A stretch of 56,508 nt of DNA from NCBI RefSeq assembly GCF_001186125.1, contig NW_014040216.1, positions 1 to 56,508 on the forward strand, given 5' to 3'. The translations under genes were made by a program, and so were the position numbers. The notes beneath the pieces are model-generated. The model ran no database searches and was not told the DNA's origin. It saw only the letters and a program-made list of their open reading frames with translations. This DNA comes from Sphaeroforma arctica JP610 (lineage: Eukaryota). Positions 12,273 through 25,847 of this stretch are shown here, piece by piece. How positions within the stretch are numbered: the stretch's first letter is position 1; each line of letters starts with the position of its first letter.

Positions 12273-15200
12273 TTAAAGTACCTTCGTTTTAGGCGACAGC
12301 GTTGGTACATTCAGCTGTCCAAACCTCCACTTGCTGCCCGCTGCAGAATCCTGATATTAACGCATATGGAGGAAAAGCAATCGTCTAAATCATGGCCAGA
12401 CAACAACTTTCTAGTCCTCATTTCCATCGTAAAATGTACTATACCGGACACAGTGCCTCTGCTCAAGTTGTATGTGACGTAAAATCTATGTGGCGCAATC
12501 TCGTTGGCACAGACAGTTCGATCGTGCATATGTATGAACTTGACGTACGGAAGAACGGAAGGTTACACGCTCTGGAGCAGTCACTTGTATAGAGTGAGGG
12601 ATATCACTTTACTCGTTAGTATTTACAATATGAAAACATGGCTGGAAATTATTGAATCTAACCTACAGAGCAATTGTATATGGATATGACGGAAACAAAA
12701 TTAATCTCCATACCTTGAGAGAAACCCCTAGACTGGGCAGGACCTCGTTCCGCAATCCGTCGCAACTGGTTAAGATGCTTTTGAGCACTGTCAACATCTC
12801 TTCTGTTAACTTCTCTTTCGTTGTTTCGTCGGTTCTACTATTTTTCTTGATGCTTTTGAGTGCGCTTAGTGCCTTGTCACGTACATTGGAACGAAAGTCG
12901 ACGAAGTGATCTACAACCTCCTCCGTTGAGACCCTCGATTGGTTTACACTCGCTGTGAACATAGAAGAATTAAAAGCGTTTCAGCTAGAGTTTGCAAAAC
13001 TCAGTTGCTGTATTGGAATGTAGACCTGTGTATCAAGTGGAACTCGGAAACATGTCAGAAGTAATAGTAGGCCCAACCAGTCTGCAACATTCACATACAA
13101 TCGATATTCCGAGTTTGTTGCATCTGCACGCCCATCATGGATAGTATGGAGTCTATGTAGTCACGCACAGCCAGAACACTCGCGGTCGCCGCCTGAGTCC
13201 GGTCGGCGCTCATGTGCTTATTTGTGGTTGTGACCATATCCAATAGCTGCAAAGAGAATGAAAACGAAACAATATTAGCACATTACATAAGTCAAATAAA
13301 TAGCTGACGCAGCTACAGAAATAAGCGCCCGGTTGGGAAGTACACAATACGAATCACACTGGGGCATATCATACAGACGCGTCGTATAGCTTCTGTTGGT
13401 CGCACTAAAAAACAGCGACCCTACCCGGTGCATGGTGCCCGGCGTGTCGAAATCATCTCGTAGCTTGTCGTCAATCGTGAATCTTATGCTCTCTAGCCTG
13501 CAGATTTTGGTATTAAATAGAAGTATACAATACCAAAGCAGCGAATGTGAATGGTTTCACGAAAGTCGAGCACTCAGGGGTATAACAAGTACGCGAAATG
13601 TTGTCAAGGATGGTTTAAGCAGCAAGCGGAATCGTATTTCAAATAGTTGTATGTGTCCTTATTCTCTAGTTTGTGATGTACAACAGTGCGTAGATAGTGT
13701 ACCGCGTAGTAGTAACGCATAAGTAGTCCGAAACGAACATACACCTTAGAGCCGTAGAGTAAGTTAAACACAACGAGCAGACAGGCATATTCAGCAGGGT
13801 TACGTGCAAAAAATATCATTTTTCTGCGACAGCAAATTTTTATCATTCGCTCAGAGCACGGCACAATTTGAGTCGACAGTACGTTATTAGCTACGATCAC
13901 ACATACTCTTTCATCAGCTGTGTGTCTGCTGCACTCCACTTCGAACTCGAATTCTTTGCATGGAACTCATCCGCATCGGAGAAGAACGTACGGAACCGGT
14001 TTTCAATGTTGAGGGCCTGTGTCATTCTTAATGTGTCATGAATATGCAAACAGGAAGACATGAAGTGAAAATCCCCGAAACAGTTCTTCAGGATTGCATA
14101 ATGTATATATGTCTACCTTCAGTATTTCGAGCTGAAATCAAGTACAGAAGCAACTCCTACTCGATAACCAACTATTAAAGCAATTCAAAATTTGAGTCCG
14201 AAACCAACGATGGAGTTCATGCACACATACAGATTATCAGAATAGTGCATAGGCGCGTTGTACTTTGTCATCAGACATGCCAGTCGCAATTGCTGGGGCG
14301 CGAAGATCATCTCGCCCTTGCGTGAGTCGATGTCAACTGCAGCAGGTGAGCTTAAATTATCTGAATCATCTTTAATCCCGAGGAAGTCTCTCACTGTAGT
14401 GAAGTTCTTCAGCGATTTGCTCATTTTGAGTCCCTCTATATGCAGATGCCCCGTATGAAGAAAGCACTGCGCCCATGTGTGATTGTGCAGCGCCTCGCAT
14501 TGGGCGATCTCATTCTCGTGATGAGGAAACTGTGTGTATGGTAAGGATATTATTCCGGGTTAATGATTTAGCTATATGCTATTGTGGAAGTCGCTCGATT
14601 GCTGTGCTTTGACAAGCTCAATGGCTATGGTTCTGTGGGGGGCTAATAAGAATATACGACATTGATGTAATAGTGATGTTATTTGCCAATTCTTTTGTAG
14701 GCTCACAGCTTCAAAGTTCGTCCTTATAAGTGTGCGTATATATAACTCACTACGATAGATGTGAGTTAAGCACAACAACATGGTAAGATACTACGCTCGA
14801 TGCAAAAAAGTTCTGCCACACGGATTCCCACAATTATCTCAATACTGCTCATGGTTGTAAACAAAGTTGGTGATCAACATTCTTCTGCGGAAACCTCATT
14901 CTACCTTCAAATCAATGCCACCAGTGTGTAGATCCAGGTGATCGCCCAGTATATGGCAGGACATCGCCGAACATTCTATATGCCAACCCGGTCTCCCAGA
15001 TCCCCAAGGCGATTCCCAAGAGACGTCTCCAACAATCGAAACCCCGTCCGTGTTGTCAGCGGCTTTCCAAAGTGCAAAGTCCCGTGCATCTCGCTTATTC
15101 GCTTTGGTAGGCACGACTTCCTCGTCTGATGGTGAGAAAAGCGAGAGTACATTTTATCAAACATGTGTGATACTGTGGCAAAGAAGATAACTGTCATGGC

Positions 15201-17107
15201 CTGAAGCAATCACGCAGAAGCCCAAATGCACTCGTTCTGTCCGCAAGCAGTGTATCGATATTGCATACAAGATCGATGTAAAGTGGCATAAGTGGCAACA
15301 ATAGCTTCATTACTCTCAAGTATCCAGTAGAATATACTCAGTGCTTCCACTATACCGATTAAATCGAAGGTGAAGGAATACAACCAAATAAACGTGCCCC
15401 ATCAGAGCAGGCGAAAGTGTGCTGAAGTGATCCCTGTCATCTCACTGGAAACAAATCATTTGACAGCATGTAAAACGGGTTGAATGATTTTGAATTCGTC
15501 GGTACTTGAGACGGCATTATATATTACGCATGACCACACAAACACTGGTCAGACTTACCTACAACCTCTTTTTTGGTTGTCAAGTTATTTTGTGCCCGTT
15601 CCGGCGCTAAAGCCCCGTATCTGTCACCGTATTTGCCAACATCGAAGTATATGGAAACACGTTCCCTATCATCCGTTAGGCGGTAGGCATATCCTCTATC
15701 TTCCAGACCTACACTGAGAAGATAGTCGTTTGTGTAGAAATCAATCTTAGTAAAAGGAGTGTAACCTACAAATGAAATGCAGACAGGCCGAAACTATCAG
15801 AGGAGAACGATGTTGATTTAAACCACTGTATACCTCGACATTTATCATGAACTTAATTGGCATTTCACAAATCGGGAAGAGCTGATCGCCCATTTATCAC
15901 CTGGCATTCCAGCCTGATTCTTGCACTATACGATCATACTAAGAGCGGTACACGACATACCCTTGATGAATGTGATTATTTCCGGTAAATGATCGGACAC
16001 CCGTGCCGTACATGTAGGTGGCAAGCAACCCAGCAGTATTAAGTCTTCCAAGAACTCACGTTCGTAATTTTCGGCCAATGATTTAACAGAGATGCGTCTT
16101 TCCTCAGCACGAGTGATAATCTTGTCGTCAATATCCGTGATACCCATGACTGCAAGCATTAGTAAAATTGGAATGTTAAGTTATAATCAAGTTTGCCTAT
16201 TGTAAAAAAAGGGGAGTATAAACGTGAAGAAGCCGGTGGGATTACACAAGCAAATTATATTCATCGAAATAGGCGTCTTTGATCTCCTCAAATAGCATAT
16301 GTGTAGTTGTCTGATCCCAATAGACAATTGACGAGCGTGACCGAGCTGTGACCCACTTTCTAATAGGCTATTTAGAAAGCTAAGAAAATACAAGCTGGGT
16401 GGGATATCTGTAGCCCTGCGCCCACAAAGCCACAATAGTTCTCGATCAGGTGAATAGAATTCAGTATACTCAAGCGAGTTGGGTAGACGCGAATACAAAA
16501 CTGGAGCATCAATTGTACCAAATAAGACAGGTGCATAGACTGCGGTACGCGACAGGATATTACATGGCAGTATCTACTTGCCTTGACATACAGGGACTCC
16601 ACAGTAGTCACTTAGTATCCGACGGACCACATCGAATCTGATATAAGTAACAGCATGACCCAAGTGCATCGAGTCGTATACTGTTGGTCCGCACATATAC
16701 CAACTGAGTGAACTATGAGCTTGTCGCGTGAGTGGCGTCTTAGTACGCGTACGGCTGTTGTAGACCACGCATCCAGTATCAACATATGTGACTTTATTAG
16801 CGCTATTATCCTCCAACGTGTCAGAACATATACTACTATCTACATATGCAACCTTCTTATCTGAACTACCTAGTGCGCTCGCTGGTTTTGTTGAGTGTAA
16901 ACAGTTTGTCGAGTGGAGCTGTTTCCGGCACACTGAGCCTACTCTTCCATAATTATATGTATACGTTGGTCTTGGTGAATGCCAGCTTGGGAAGTTATTT
17001 GATATGGCGCTTACGTAACGGAAATCATAAATCGGCCGTGGTATTTCTCTACCCCTTATCGCCGTAGATAGACATCGCCGCCTGAACAATACCCTGTGAC
17101 TAATCAT
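12273..17107 (-). CDS. CARS2: Cysteinyl-tRNA synthetase, probably mitochondrial (CARS2-like), multi-exon
   Basis: [17 protein letters not shown] (HIGH motif), [65 protein letters not shown]. Last exon 12350..12273 reads [10 protein letters not shown]...*. Arg/Ser-rich N-terminal extension [18 protein letters not shown] resembles a mitochondrial presequence; an alternative ATG lies at 17170. Confidence 0.93.
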
Positions 17108-17170
17108 ACTAGCCTTTGGGCCATAAAAAGAACACGGTACGCATCGCAGCACCCCTTGTGTACCCATCAT

Positions 17171-17617
17171 AACACACGTGTGTGGTCGTGAGGCACTATA
17201 CTGATGAACCAAATGAGATGCACAAATGGGAACAGAACACCGTACTGTGCGTATTTATATTATTGCACTTTGCCAACAGCAGCCAACTTCTCTCTCTCTC
17301 TCTCGCTGTAGTAGTAGAGAGTAGTGAGACTAGAGAGGGTAGTGGTATACTTTGCCGGGATATAGGAAGAAAGTAGCGGGTCTTTACAAAAAGGCACATT
17401 TTCCACCCCCCCCCCCCCCCAAACCTGGCTCATTTTACAAAAACAACCCAATTTGACATCAGTAAACGTAAACAAGAAGTTTGCTGGACTCTTCAATCTT
17501 AAATAAAGAGACGCTCTTGGGTCTTGATACCCACATACATAAATATTTACATACTTCCCCTTCGAGTGTCAATAGTGGTCATACCACAGTACGTATATTA
17601 CATATAATCTGGACAAT
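17171..17617. promoter_or_regulatory. Probable bidirectional promoter between CysRS and PSMB1
   Basis: Divergent start codons about 450-510 bp apart; contains a (CT)n tract and a poly-C tract. Confidence 0.55.
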
Positions 17618-20600
17618 ATGGATGCCGCTTCGTATCTTAGTTCGAAGAACTACACACATAACATTGGTGTTAGATCCGGTCTTCCCGAGTCAAAGCAAGC
17701 GGGTGCCCCAAAACAGCACCATGGGTTCAGCCCTTATGTATTTAATGGAGGGTACGTAAATCTATTGGTGTGTCAGTGTTGGCTTGTGCTTCGTCGATTC
17801 TGAGGTCAAAGATTAAGAAATAATCAAACTGTGACTTCATTATAGGACACTAGGACTGTCTTATATTCAATGAATAGTACGTCTATCTGCTGGTGTGCTG
17901 GTGTCAGACTGTTCTTAGCTATTTCTAAGGTCACGGTGGAGATCTAGTCGAAAGTGTGCTTTTGTACAGGCTTTAGGTCTGTGACGAGTCTCTGACCGCA
18001 GTGCATGTGGATTGTTGGTGATGATCCACGCGCCTGCTCAGTCTAGACTATAATTATCTGAGCAGCATGTGTGCTTTGTAATACTCTCGTGACTTGGAGA
18101 TCAGAGAGTTTTATAAATGAGGCATGCGCAACATATGCTACTATATACCTGCATCTACATGAAGAACATTGTCAAATCGCACGCTCATGCACCATAATAG
18201 TGCGCATGAAGTTTAAGTTACTTAGGACGATGTGAAAAGTAAGTACACATATATTTGTATGTTTACGATAAACAACACTAATTCATTTTGAATATCTCAC
18301 TTTTGAGATATGTGGTGAAGTACGCGGAAGTCTGTGGGCTTGCAATTGGTGTATTAGAACATATAAATCATTTCATGTACTTATCGGTTTTCTATACTGT
18401 TGCTGTGGTGTTTTTACCATATTTCGAATAGTATATCACTCACAGCCTTTGGTGTATATTGCATAGTGTGGTTTTCTGGGTTTACTTAAAACTTTGAATA
18501 TCTCGAGCACACGGAACGCTGAGTATCACCGTCTTTTTGTCTGTACGCGCCTGTGTTAGAGTGTACAAGCATAGTCTGTGGTTGTATATACTTCAGAAAC
18601 CTGTCGGAACGAAAAAGAACAATAGTATCGTGTTGTTTGAAGTCTCGCTCTCTAGTGGTTTGTTTCTATTTTTTTTGGCAGCGCTAGTAACCATACGACT
18701 ATATGTACTTAGTAACTCCTGTATTACCGGTAAGCACAACTATTGTAACGTGCGCCATCACTTTAGATAAAATCTTCGTTCTGTTTCTGAAGCAAATTCT
18801 GTAGGCTGGTAGAGCCTTGTCGAGCACGAAACAGTACCTCCCACCCGAGAGTTCCCGAGTCTCACTATCCATGGTCATTTTTGTTTTTGCTACAGGACTA
18901 CCATGGCGATTGCCGGCGATGGATATGTCGTGGTAGCTGGAGACACGCGCTTAAGCGCTGGATATGAAATTATGACTAGGGACCACTCCAAACTCTGCAA
19001 ATTGTAAGTAAGGCAGCCGAAACATACATTATTTAGAGTTCGCAATTGTGTGAATCTGGAGTTCTACGCTCGATTTATTAAAAACCTGTTCCCTGATCAC
19101 CCTATGATTCGGTTGGCAAACAGGGCAGTGTCAAAGGAATATATCCCAACTAAATTATTCCATGTATTGGACGTTTTTTATCAAATGAATTCGTACGTCT
19201 ATACCTTGTATTGTATGGCCGCTCCAAATCTGGCGAACGACGTTGAACCAGCTGTTCGTACATACATATATGAAAATGGGTTCTTACTGATTAATACTGT
19301 TTCGCCCCCTCGGTTTAAAAATAGAAATGACCGAGTGGTGCTGGCATCGATTGGATTTCAAGGAGATTCGACCACCCTGCACAAGCACTTAAAGATGAAG
19401 CTTGCGGTAGGTTGTTACAATATCAGGGTGTTTTTTTTCTTACCTCATAGTCTTGTAATAATCGTTTCGAGTTGAACTGATTTGATTGAGATCTGTTTGT
19501 TCCACTTTGGTCCGTCGTGCTTCATTAAGTCACACTTTCAATTGTACTCAACAGATGTACAAGCACAATCACGACAAGGACATGGGAGTCGAGGCCTGTG
19601 CTCAAATGTTGATGACAACACTATACTATAAACGATTCTTCCCGTATTATACAATCAATATCTTGGTCGGTCTGGATAAGGACGGTATGTACTCCTGCCT
19701 CGCGGTCTCATATCCACCCAATTATATGTGTTGTACGCTCTATTACATTCGTCGACAACCTCTGTGTCATTCATCAGTAACGTACAGTTTCTTTTCGTTT
19801 GTACCTCGGTACTTTCTTAGTTATGGCTCACCCTGAAGGTGTTTGACCTGCAATTAGTTTCTTTTCGTTTGTACCTCGGCACTTTCTTAGTCATGGCTCA
19901 CCCTGAAGGTGTTTGACCTGCCATATATCCATTACGTGACAATACTCTGTCTCGCATAATCAGGTGCGTCAATCTAAGTTCAAGTTATATTCGGCTTTAC
20001 TCGGACATCTTCTGGGGCTGTTACCCACGACCAGTTGGACGTGCTTAATTTCTGGAAAACGTTCGTAACTTTATATTCTGTTTTTAATTTAGATCAAGGA
20101 GCAGTGTACCATTACGATCCAATCGGTAGTTTCGAGAGGGAAACCTACCGTGCCGCTGGTACAGGTTCGCAATTGCTGCAACCATTGCTGGACAGTGAAG
20201 TTGGGTTCAAAAACAAGAGCGATGTTGTAGAGAAAAAGACACCTACTCTGGAGGAAGCGATCAATCTCTGCAAGGTACGCGAGTGGGTGAGCAAGTATAT
20301 GTGTACTTTTTCGGGATGTATTGTAGCTCACAACTGTGCGTTATCTAGGTCGTTCGTTTGTCTGCGCCCATCATAATCCGCACCCGTCCGCACTTTTTGT
20401 ATACAGAGTAGTGCTAAGGACTAGGCATCACAAAAGTTTTACCGATAGTCATACAGGTCCTGGAATAAACTGTATGCGTTGGAGAGTAGTTTGATTGTTC
20501 ACTCAGCAGTTCAAATCAAACTTCGATCTTATTGCAGGACGCATTCGCCGGAGTAGCCGAGAGAGATATCTATACGGGAGATCGCGTGCAGATTTTGATT

Positions 20601-21089
20601 ATCACGAAAGACGGCGTGAAAGAAGAGACATTTACAGTAAGTCGTACCGCGCTGATGTTCGTATTTTGCCCCGTGCCCGCCAAGCATCTTGTTTATGATT
20701 GTCATTGGGTCCCTGCGAAAGAAATGACATTTAGGTTTTAGGTTGTTTTACCCGTGATATGCATGTACGAACCTGATTACATAATTGCTTAGATTAGGTT
20801 GTGCGTCAAAAGTATTGATCTATCAATTAAGGGAAGCTTAACTCAATCTCGAATTCGTCAACTGCTGTGTACGCGTACATTAATGTTCGGTCTACAGTCG
20901 TTTGTGTGGCCGCATTTGTTAACCATGTCCGTACACACGCTCCACCATGTCACCACTTATTGCATTTGGTGTATACGCCCGCGTACTGATTTGACCGAGT
21001 CACTTTAATTTTTGTTTACTCTTTCATATTTGAATGGCTTACAACACAATATTTCATTGCACTCCATCTTCTAGCTGAGAAGAGATTAA
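17618..21089 (+). CDS. PSMB1: 20S proteasome subunit beta-6 (PSMB1/Pre7); 7 exons (17618..17751, 18896..19003, 19325..19406, 19555..19684, 20093..20274, 20538..20636, 21075..21089)
   Basis: FSPYVFNGG|TTMAIAG...AGDTRLS, LYYKRFFPYY, GAVYHYDPIGSFER, QPLLD, DAFAGVAERDIYTGD, and terminal LKRD*; junctions are phase-compatible. Confidence 0.95.
19786..19921. repeat. Intronic tandem duplication, 70-bp unit x2
   Basis: agtttcttttcgtttgtacctcgg... occurs at 19786 and 19856. Confidence 0.9.
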
Positions 21090-21494
21090 TATCGAAGCGA
21101 CCCATATTTTCCCGAGCGGAGTTGATATTGTGTCAAGCGGTAACCAATATAGCTACATCTCATATAAAATTCGGAGATAGCGTATCTGCGGGAATATCCG
21201 AAGTCTTAAAATATTGTCTTAATTCACCGCCTATTGATTTACTCGTAATTTGAGCGCTAAAATACATACTTGTATGTATCTTATGTATAGCACTCATACT
21301 TGAATGTATATAATTATTATATGAATGAGTGCGTATATTTTTGTTTCATACATGGTGCGCGATGTTTCTATTTTTGGGTGAGTGTGCCTAATTCATACAT
21401 GCGAATAATTTACACATGTGTGTATGGAAATATATATATTTACGCATGTGTATATATCTATGTTAATACATATACATTACATTATATATGCCCT

Positions 21495-21630
21495 CATATA
21501 GACCCATATATATATGTGTGTGTGTATGTGTTATGTATGTATGTATGTATATATATGTATTTATATATATATGTATTTATATATTTATATATATATGTAT
21601 TTATATATATATATAGATATTTATTTGTAT
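21495..21630. repeat. (TA)/(TATG) microsatellite
   Basis: Directly visible. Confidence 0.9.
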
Positions 21631-24084
21631 AGTTCACCTCCAAAAGTAGAAGCTCAGCTGTCCATAAACGATTTTTTACCGAACAAACTGGCGATCTTTC
21701 ACCGTAAAATTGCATTCAGGACTTGTGAGGCTGTATTACAAAGCGTTTACCGTACTTATTAATTTTATATAGTGTAATATTGCAGTTTATTTGCTATATG
21801 TATCTTGAAAGTTGTATTGTCTCAAAGGCATCGATTATGCCGATCCGTGTGGGTGACGACTAGCATCAATTCGTCCAGACAGATAAATTGTACACGCATA
21901 AGCTATATCACTGTCAGCTGATTAATTATACATGTATGGAACTTCGAAATATGTCACTCTGTATGTAAATGCTATTACTAAATTCTCGGAAGTGCTTTCA
22001 CAAACTTTGATGGTTGTGTGCTTCAAAATGTATCCGTTTCAATCCTTAATTCCTACACTAACCGATAATTCAAGTAGTAATTGAGATCTGCTGGTTAATA
22101 ACGGGATAATCCATACACTATCATCTGATTGTAGCTGAATACTTTACCGTATTTGTACATGAGAAAAATTGCGTATTTCAGTTGGAACTAGTACGTGATA
22201 CAATTACTGAACTACTTCGTGTATAATTGAACCTTTGAGTTCTTCTTGTACATATACTTGTCTGTAATTAGTATGAAACTGTCTTCACTGTGAGTAACTT
22301 GTTTAGTTCACGAACGGTTTAGTGAAATAGCGTTATACTTTATATTATCAAAGTAGTGTAGTAGCTTACAAGATTATGAGCAAGGTCATCCCATAACCTT
22401 GAGCTATATAGTTTCAACTAGATATTGCCTATCGTCAGTTCCCTCTGGTTACTGACACATCATCCCAACGAGTGCCCGGCCTCCTCGGTAGTCCGTCACT
22501 CGTCATCTATATTTTTTACACTACTTTACACTTCTCGCTACTTTACAGCCTATGCTCTCGTTCTATTGGTATACTTTTTACAGCCTCATCATATCTGTAA
22601 AACCAATATCACTAGACACCGCACTGGTATTCTACCATAAAACTAACCTCTCATAGATCTTAGTCATCCCACATGAATCACTACTACACGATATTCCTAT
22701 GTTTGTTATTAGTATTCAATCATACGGATAGTCTATTTGTCTCTATTTAGTCAAATGACATACAATGTGAGTTCAAATGCTCTTCAAAATATGTGTATGT
22801 AGCTATACTAGTTCCTGAAATGTTTTATGTATTATCGTTAATAATCAACTATGTATACCTACAAAGCTGAGTCGAAGTGGTCCAAAATTAATCAAGTGAC
22901 ACTGGTTGAAACTGAAACAAATATAGGTGTAAACGTCGTGTTTCGCTATTAACCAATTTCTAAAAATAACGGCCAACCAATGATGATTTCAGTGTGCAAG
23001 TCATTACCTCACGACCAACAAAAGCAATTGCATGATAAGCAGCACTATTAAAGTACGTCGATGCAAGTAGCTAGATATTGGTTTCAGTGCTCCAACAAGG
23101 TGACTACTGCTGATACTCGAATTGAATCGTACAGCAAAGCAGGAGATGTTTGTATATGCCAAATCTACAGAAATGGAACTAAATAAATGCTCAAATTAGT
23201 CACCCAGCTTCACCGATCAACTTCATAGCACTCAACCGAAGAATAAAAACTATCAATTCATAGTTCCGGAAACTGCACCCGAATTCATGTGTGCAGTGCC
23301 TTTTGGCAGAACGTGTTGCACGTCAATAAACTGCCGTTAGTAGCGGTATAAAAAAAAGAGGCTGATCAATACCTTTGCTTTGAAACGAACGTCGAATTAC
23401 ACTACGGTTTTTCACCAGTGTATTAACTTGTACCGTTTTAAATACTTCGACTTAAAATACGCTTTCAATTGCAAGAGGTGACAATAGCTAGTCGTCTACT
23501 TTTCCTTTTGCTTAGGATTCTTTTCAGTATGAAATTTTATTTTTAAACCAGTCTCGGTGTCGTGGGCTATTTATTGAAATAGCTAGTCAAGATTATTTAT
23601 ATCATTTATATATTTATTTTTGCTATACCAATAACTACTTTCCGAATTAGTATGGTGGCATACTTCAGGTATGTCGCCTGGATGGACACTGGATGGGTGA
23701 GGGCGTAACTTATATCGAGCACGGGCACTATATAGTCGGATTCCCCAATGAGAATCAAATAACCATACACAAACGAGGCATTAATGCCGGCCTCGGCCGC
23801 GTTCTCATCATGTCTAACGCTACACAGAACATACTCTCTGTGTAGCTACTACAGCGTCACAGTTATGGTGTGTACTTCTCATCTAAATCGGACACGACAC
23901 ACCCAACCGAGTGTCTCATTCAGCACGTCGGTAAAACTATTACACGTGCACAAAGTGCTGATCGCCTATCAATACACTTACACTGGCAGACTGGTATACA
24001 ATGCTTGGCCATGTACATCCAGACGTCACACGTGGCGTTCTACGCAACAGTGATATAACACCGTCTCCAATACCAGTCCCATCT

Positions 24085-24330
24085 CATGACGACTGAAAGC
24101 TCAATCTTGCGCTGTTTCAAGCACATGTGGCGGAATATTTTTTGAAAGGTTGATATCGACCTTTTTGCTACTGCCCACAACACACAAGACCTCACATATT
24201 GCAGTCATGAACCAAAGGCACCTCTCCGTGATGCCTTCGCACAGTCCTGGCGTGACAAAAATCTGTATGGTATCATTCGATTCAGGAAGAAAGCATGGTG
24301 CGTGGCACTACTCAAGCTAGAACATAAAAA
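24085..24330 (+). pseudogene. DIRS-type DNA N6-adenine methyltransferase-like domain remnant inside the copia pol
   Basis: DD*KLNLALFQAHVAEYF (frameshift) KVDIDLFATAHNTQDLTYCSHEPKAPLRDAFAQSWRDKNLYG matches the DIRS MT pattern W.L...F...DLFA...N....Y.S......DAF...W....Y. The NPPF segment appears deleted. Confidence 0.72.
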
Positions 24331-25847
24331 CTAGTTTTCCTCTCTCACCTGACACGTGGAATCTTAAACAAACCCTTCCACAACTACATTCACACGTAAA
24401 AATCATCCGCACCAACGAGAACACCATTTTGCGACACAGCATAGAAGTTTCAAGTGGCGCTATATATGCATCGTACGTGTAGGCAACACCAAACACGCTG
24501 TGCCACCGACTACTGAACTATTTACCGAAGCCGATGTCATCACCCATCCTCGACCGCTCAGTTTTTCTTCCCCATCACTACGAGCAAAGTGCGTCGCCGG
24601 CACAAATCACGAAAAAAAGACTCGACAAGACACACATTTCACCAATTGGTTATGTCTTCCATGTAGATTTATTAAATGGCCTTTCTATAACTCCTAGTGG
24701 ATACACGTCCAACATCAAATACGTTGATGCCCAGTCATGAATGCCCTTTGTTATCCTCTCAAACACAAGGATGATGCAGCCAGTACACTGGACCAGCTAT
24801 ACACCCAGCTCAGGTGTGACCGAGTTCCAAAGAATGAACACACAATGTCACGTGAAATCACGTTTACACTAACAAAGTCACCCGCACTACTGGTTATTGA
24901 GCGCACCAACGGTATCATTAGAAACCACGCTAAACAACCCGAATGTATGTGGGCCAAAGCCATGCAACTCGCAACAAATACTAAAGCGGTCCAGCTTAAC
25001 AAAATTTGTGGGAACTGTTCTACGACGAAAAGCCTAAATACATCTTAAGAACATACATGTGTACGGCTGTCGGGTGGCGTTCGTGTACCAAGACCAGCAG
25101 GGGCAAACTCGAAGACCGAGCAACGCCCGGCGTTTACCTTGGCCATGATCGCTCCTTCAAATACTATGACGCCTGCCGCATTCCTAGCTTCAAATCTTTC
25201 GCGTGATGTTAAGTTTAACTACCAGTTCTTTCCGACGCGGACCATGGCCGGCACAGCACTGGTGCTACTCTTACACGCACCCATTTATGACGTCCCGCCA
25301 TACGTGCGCTCACACTTGCTTTGCAACCCCAGCCCACTACAACGCCCAGTACACTACTTCTTCCCACGTCATCCGTCCCTACCATTTCACCACAACCGAA
25401 CACTGCCAACATATACATGGCCGATCATTCCAGCCCAGCCACACTACTGCCTACACCAACCACGGAGCCTGCACCAACCACCGACAGTACACCAATTGTG
25501 CACACACCACTTAACACCTCCCCACATAACTCTCTACTTCCTACACCTTCTCCACCGCCACTACCACAGGCCACTACATCCATAGGAGTCACGCACACTT
25601 GAGGGTTTTTTCAATCGCCTCGTACCAATACAGGCAAAAACAAGAACCTCCTCTACCAAGCAGCATGCGCTTCACTCGACAACGCACTCATCAGCTACAC
25701 GCTTACAATGCGACATATCAACACGGTCAACAACACAACCTTCTACATCCACTATACCAGGGGAGTCAATCACCACACCGACCCATATCACAGACCTACT
25801 GCGACCAGGGGAGCAGCACTCTACACCACCTGAGGTGTCTTCAGCGC

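Noticed and set aside
21800..23700. Possible 5' LTR/gag of the copia element
   Set aside because: No matching LTR pair, PBS or gag motif could be identified by eye.
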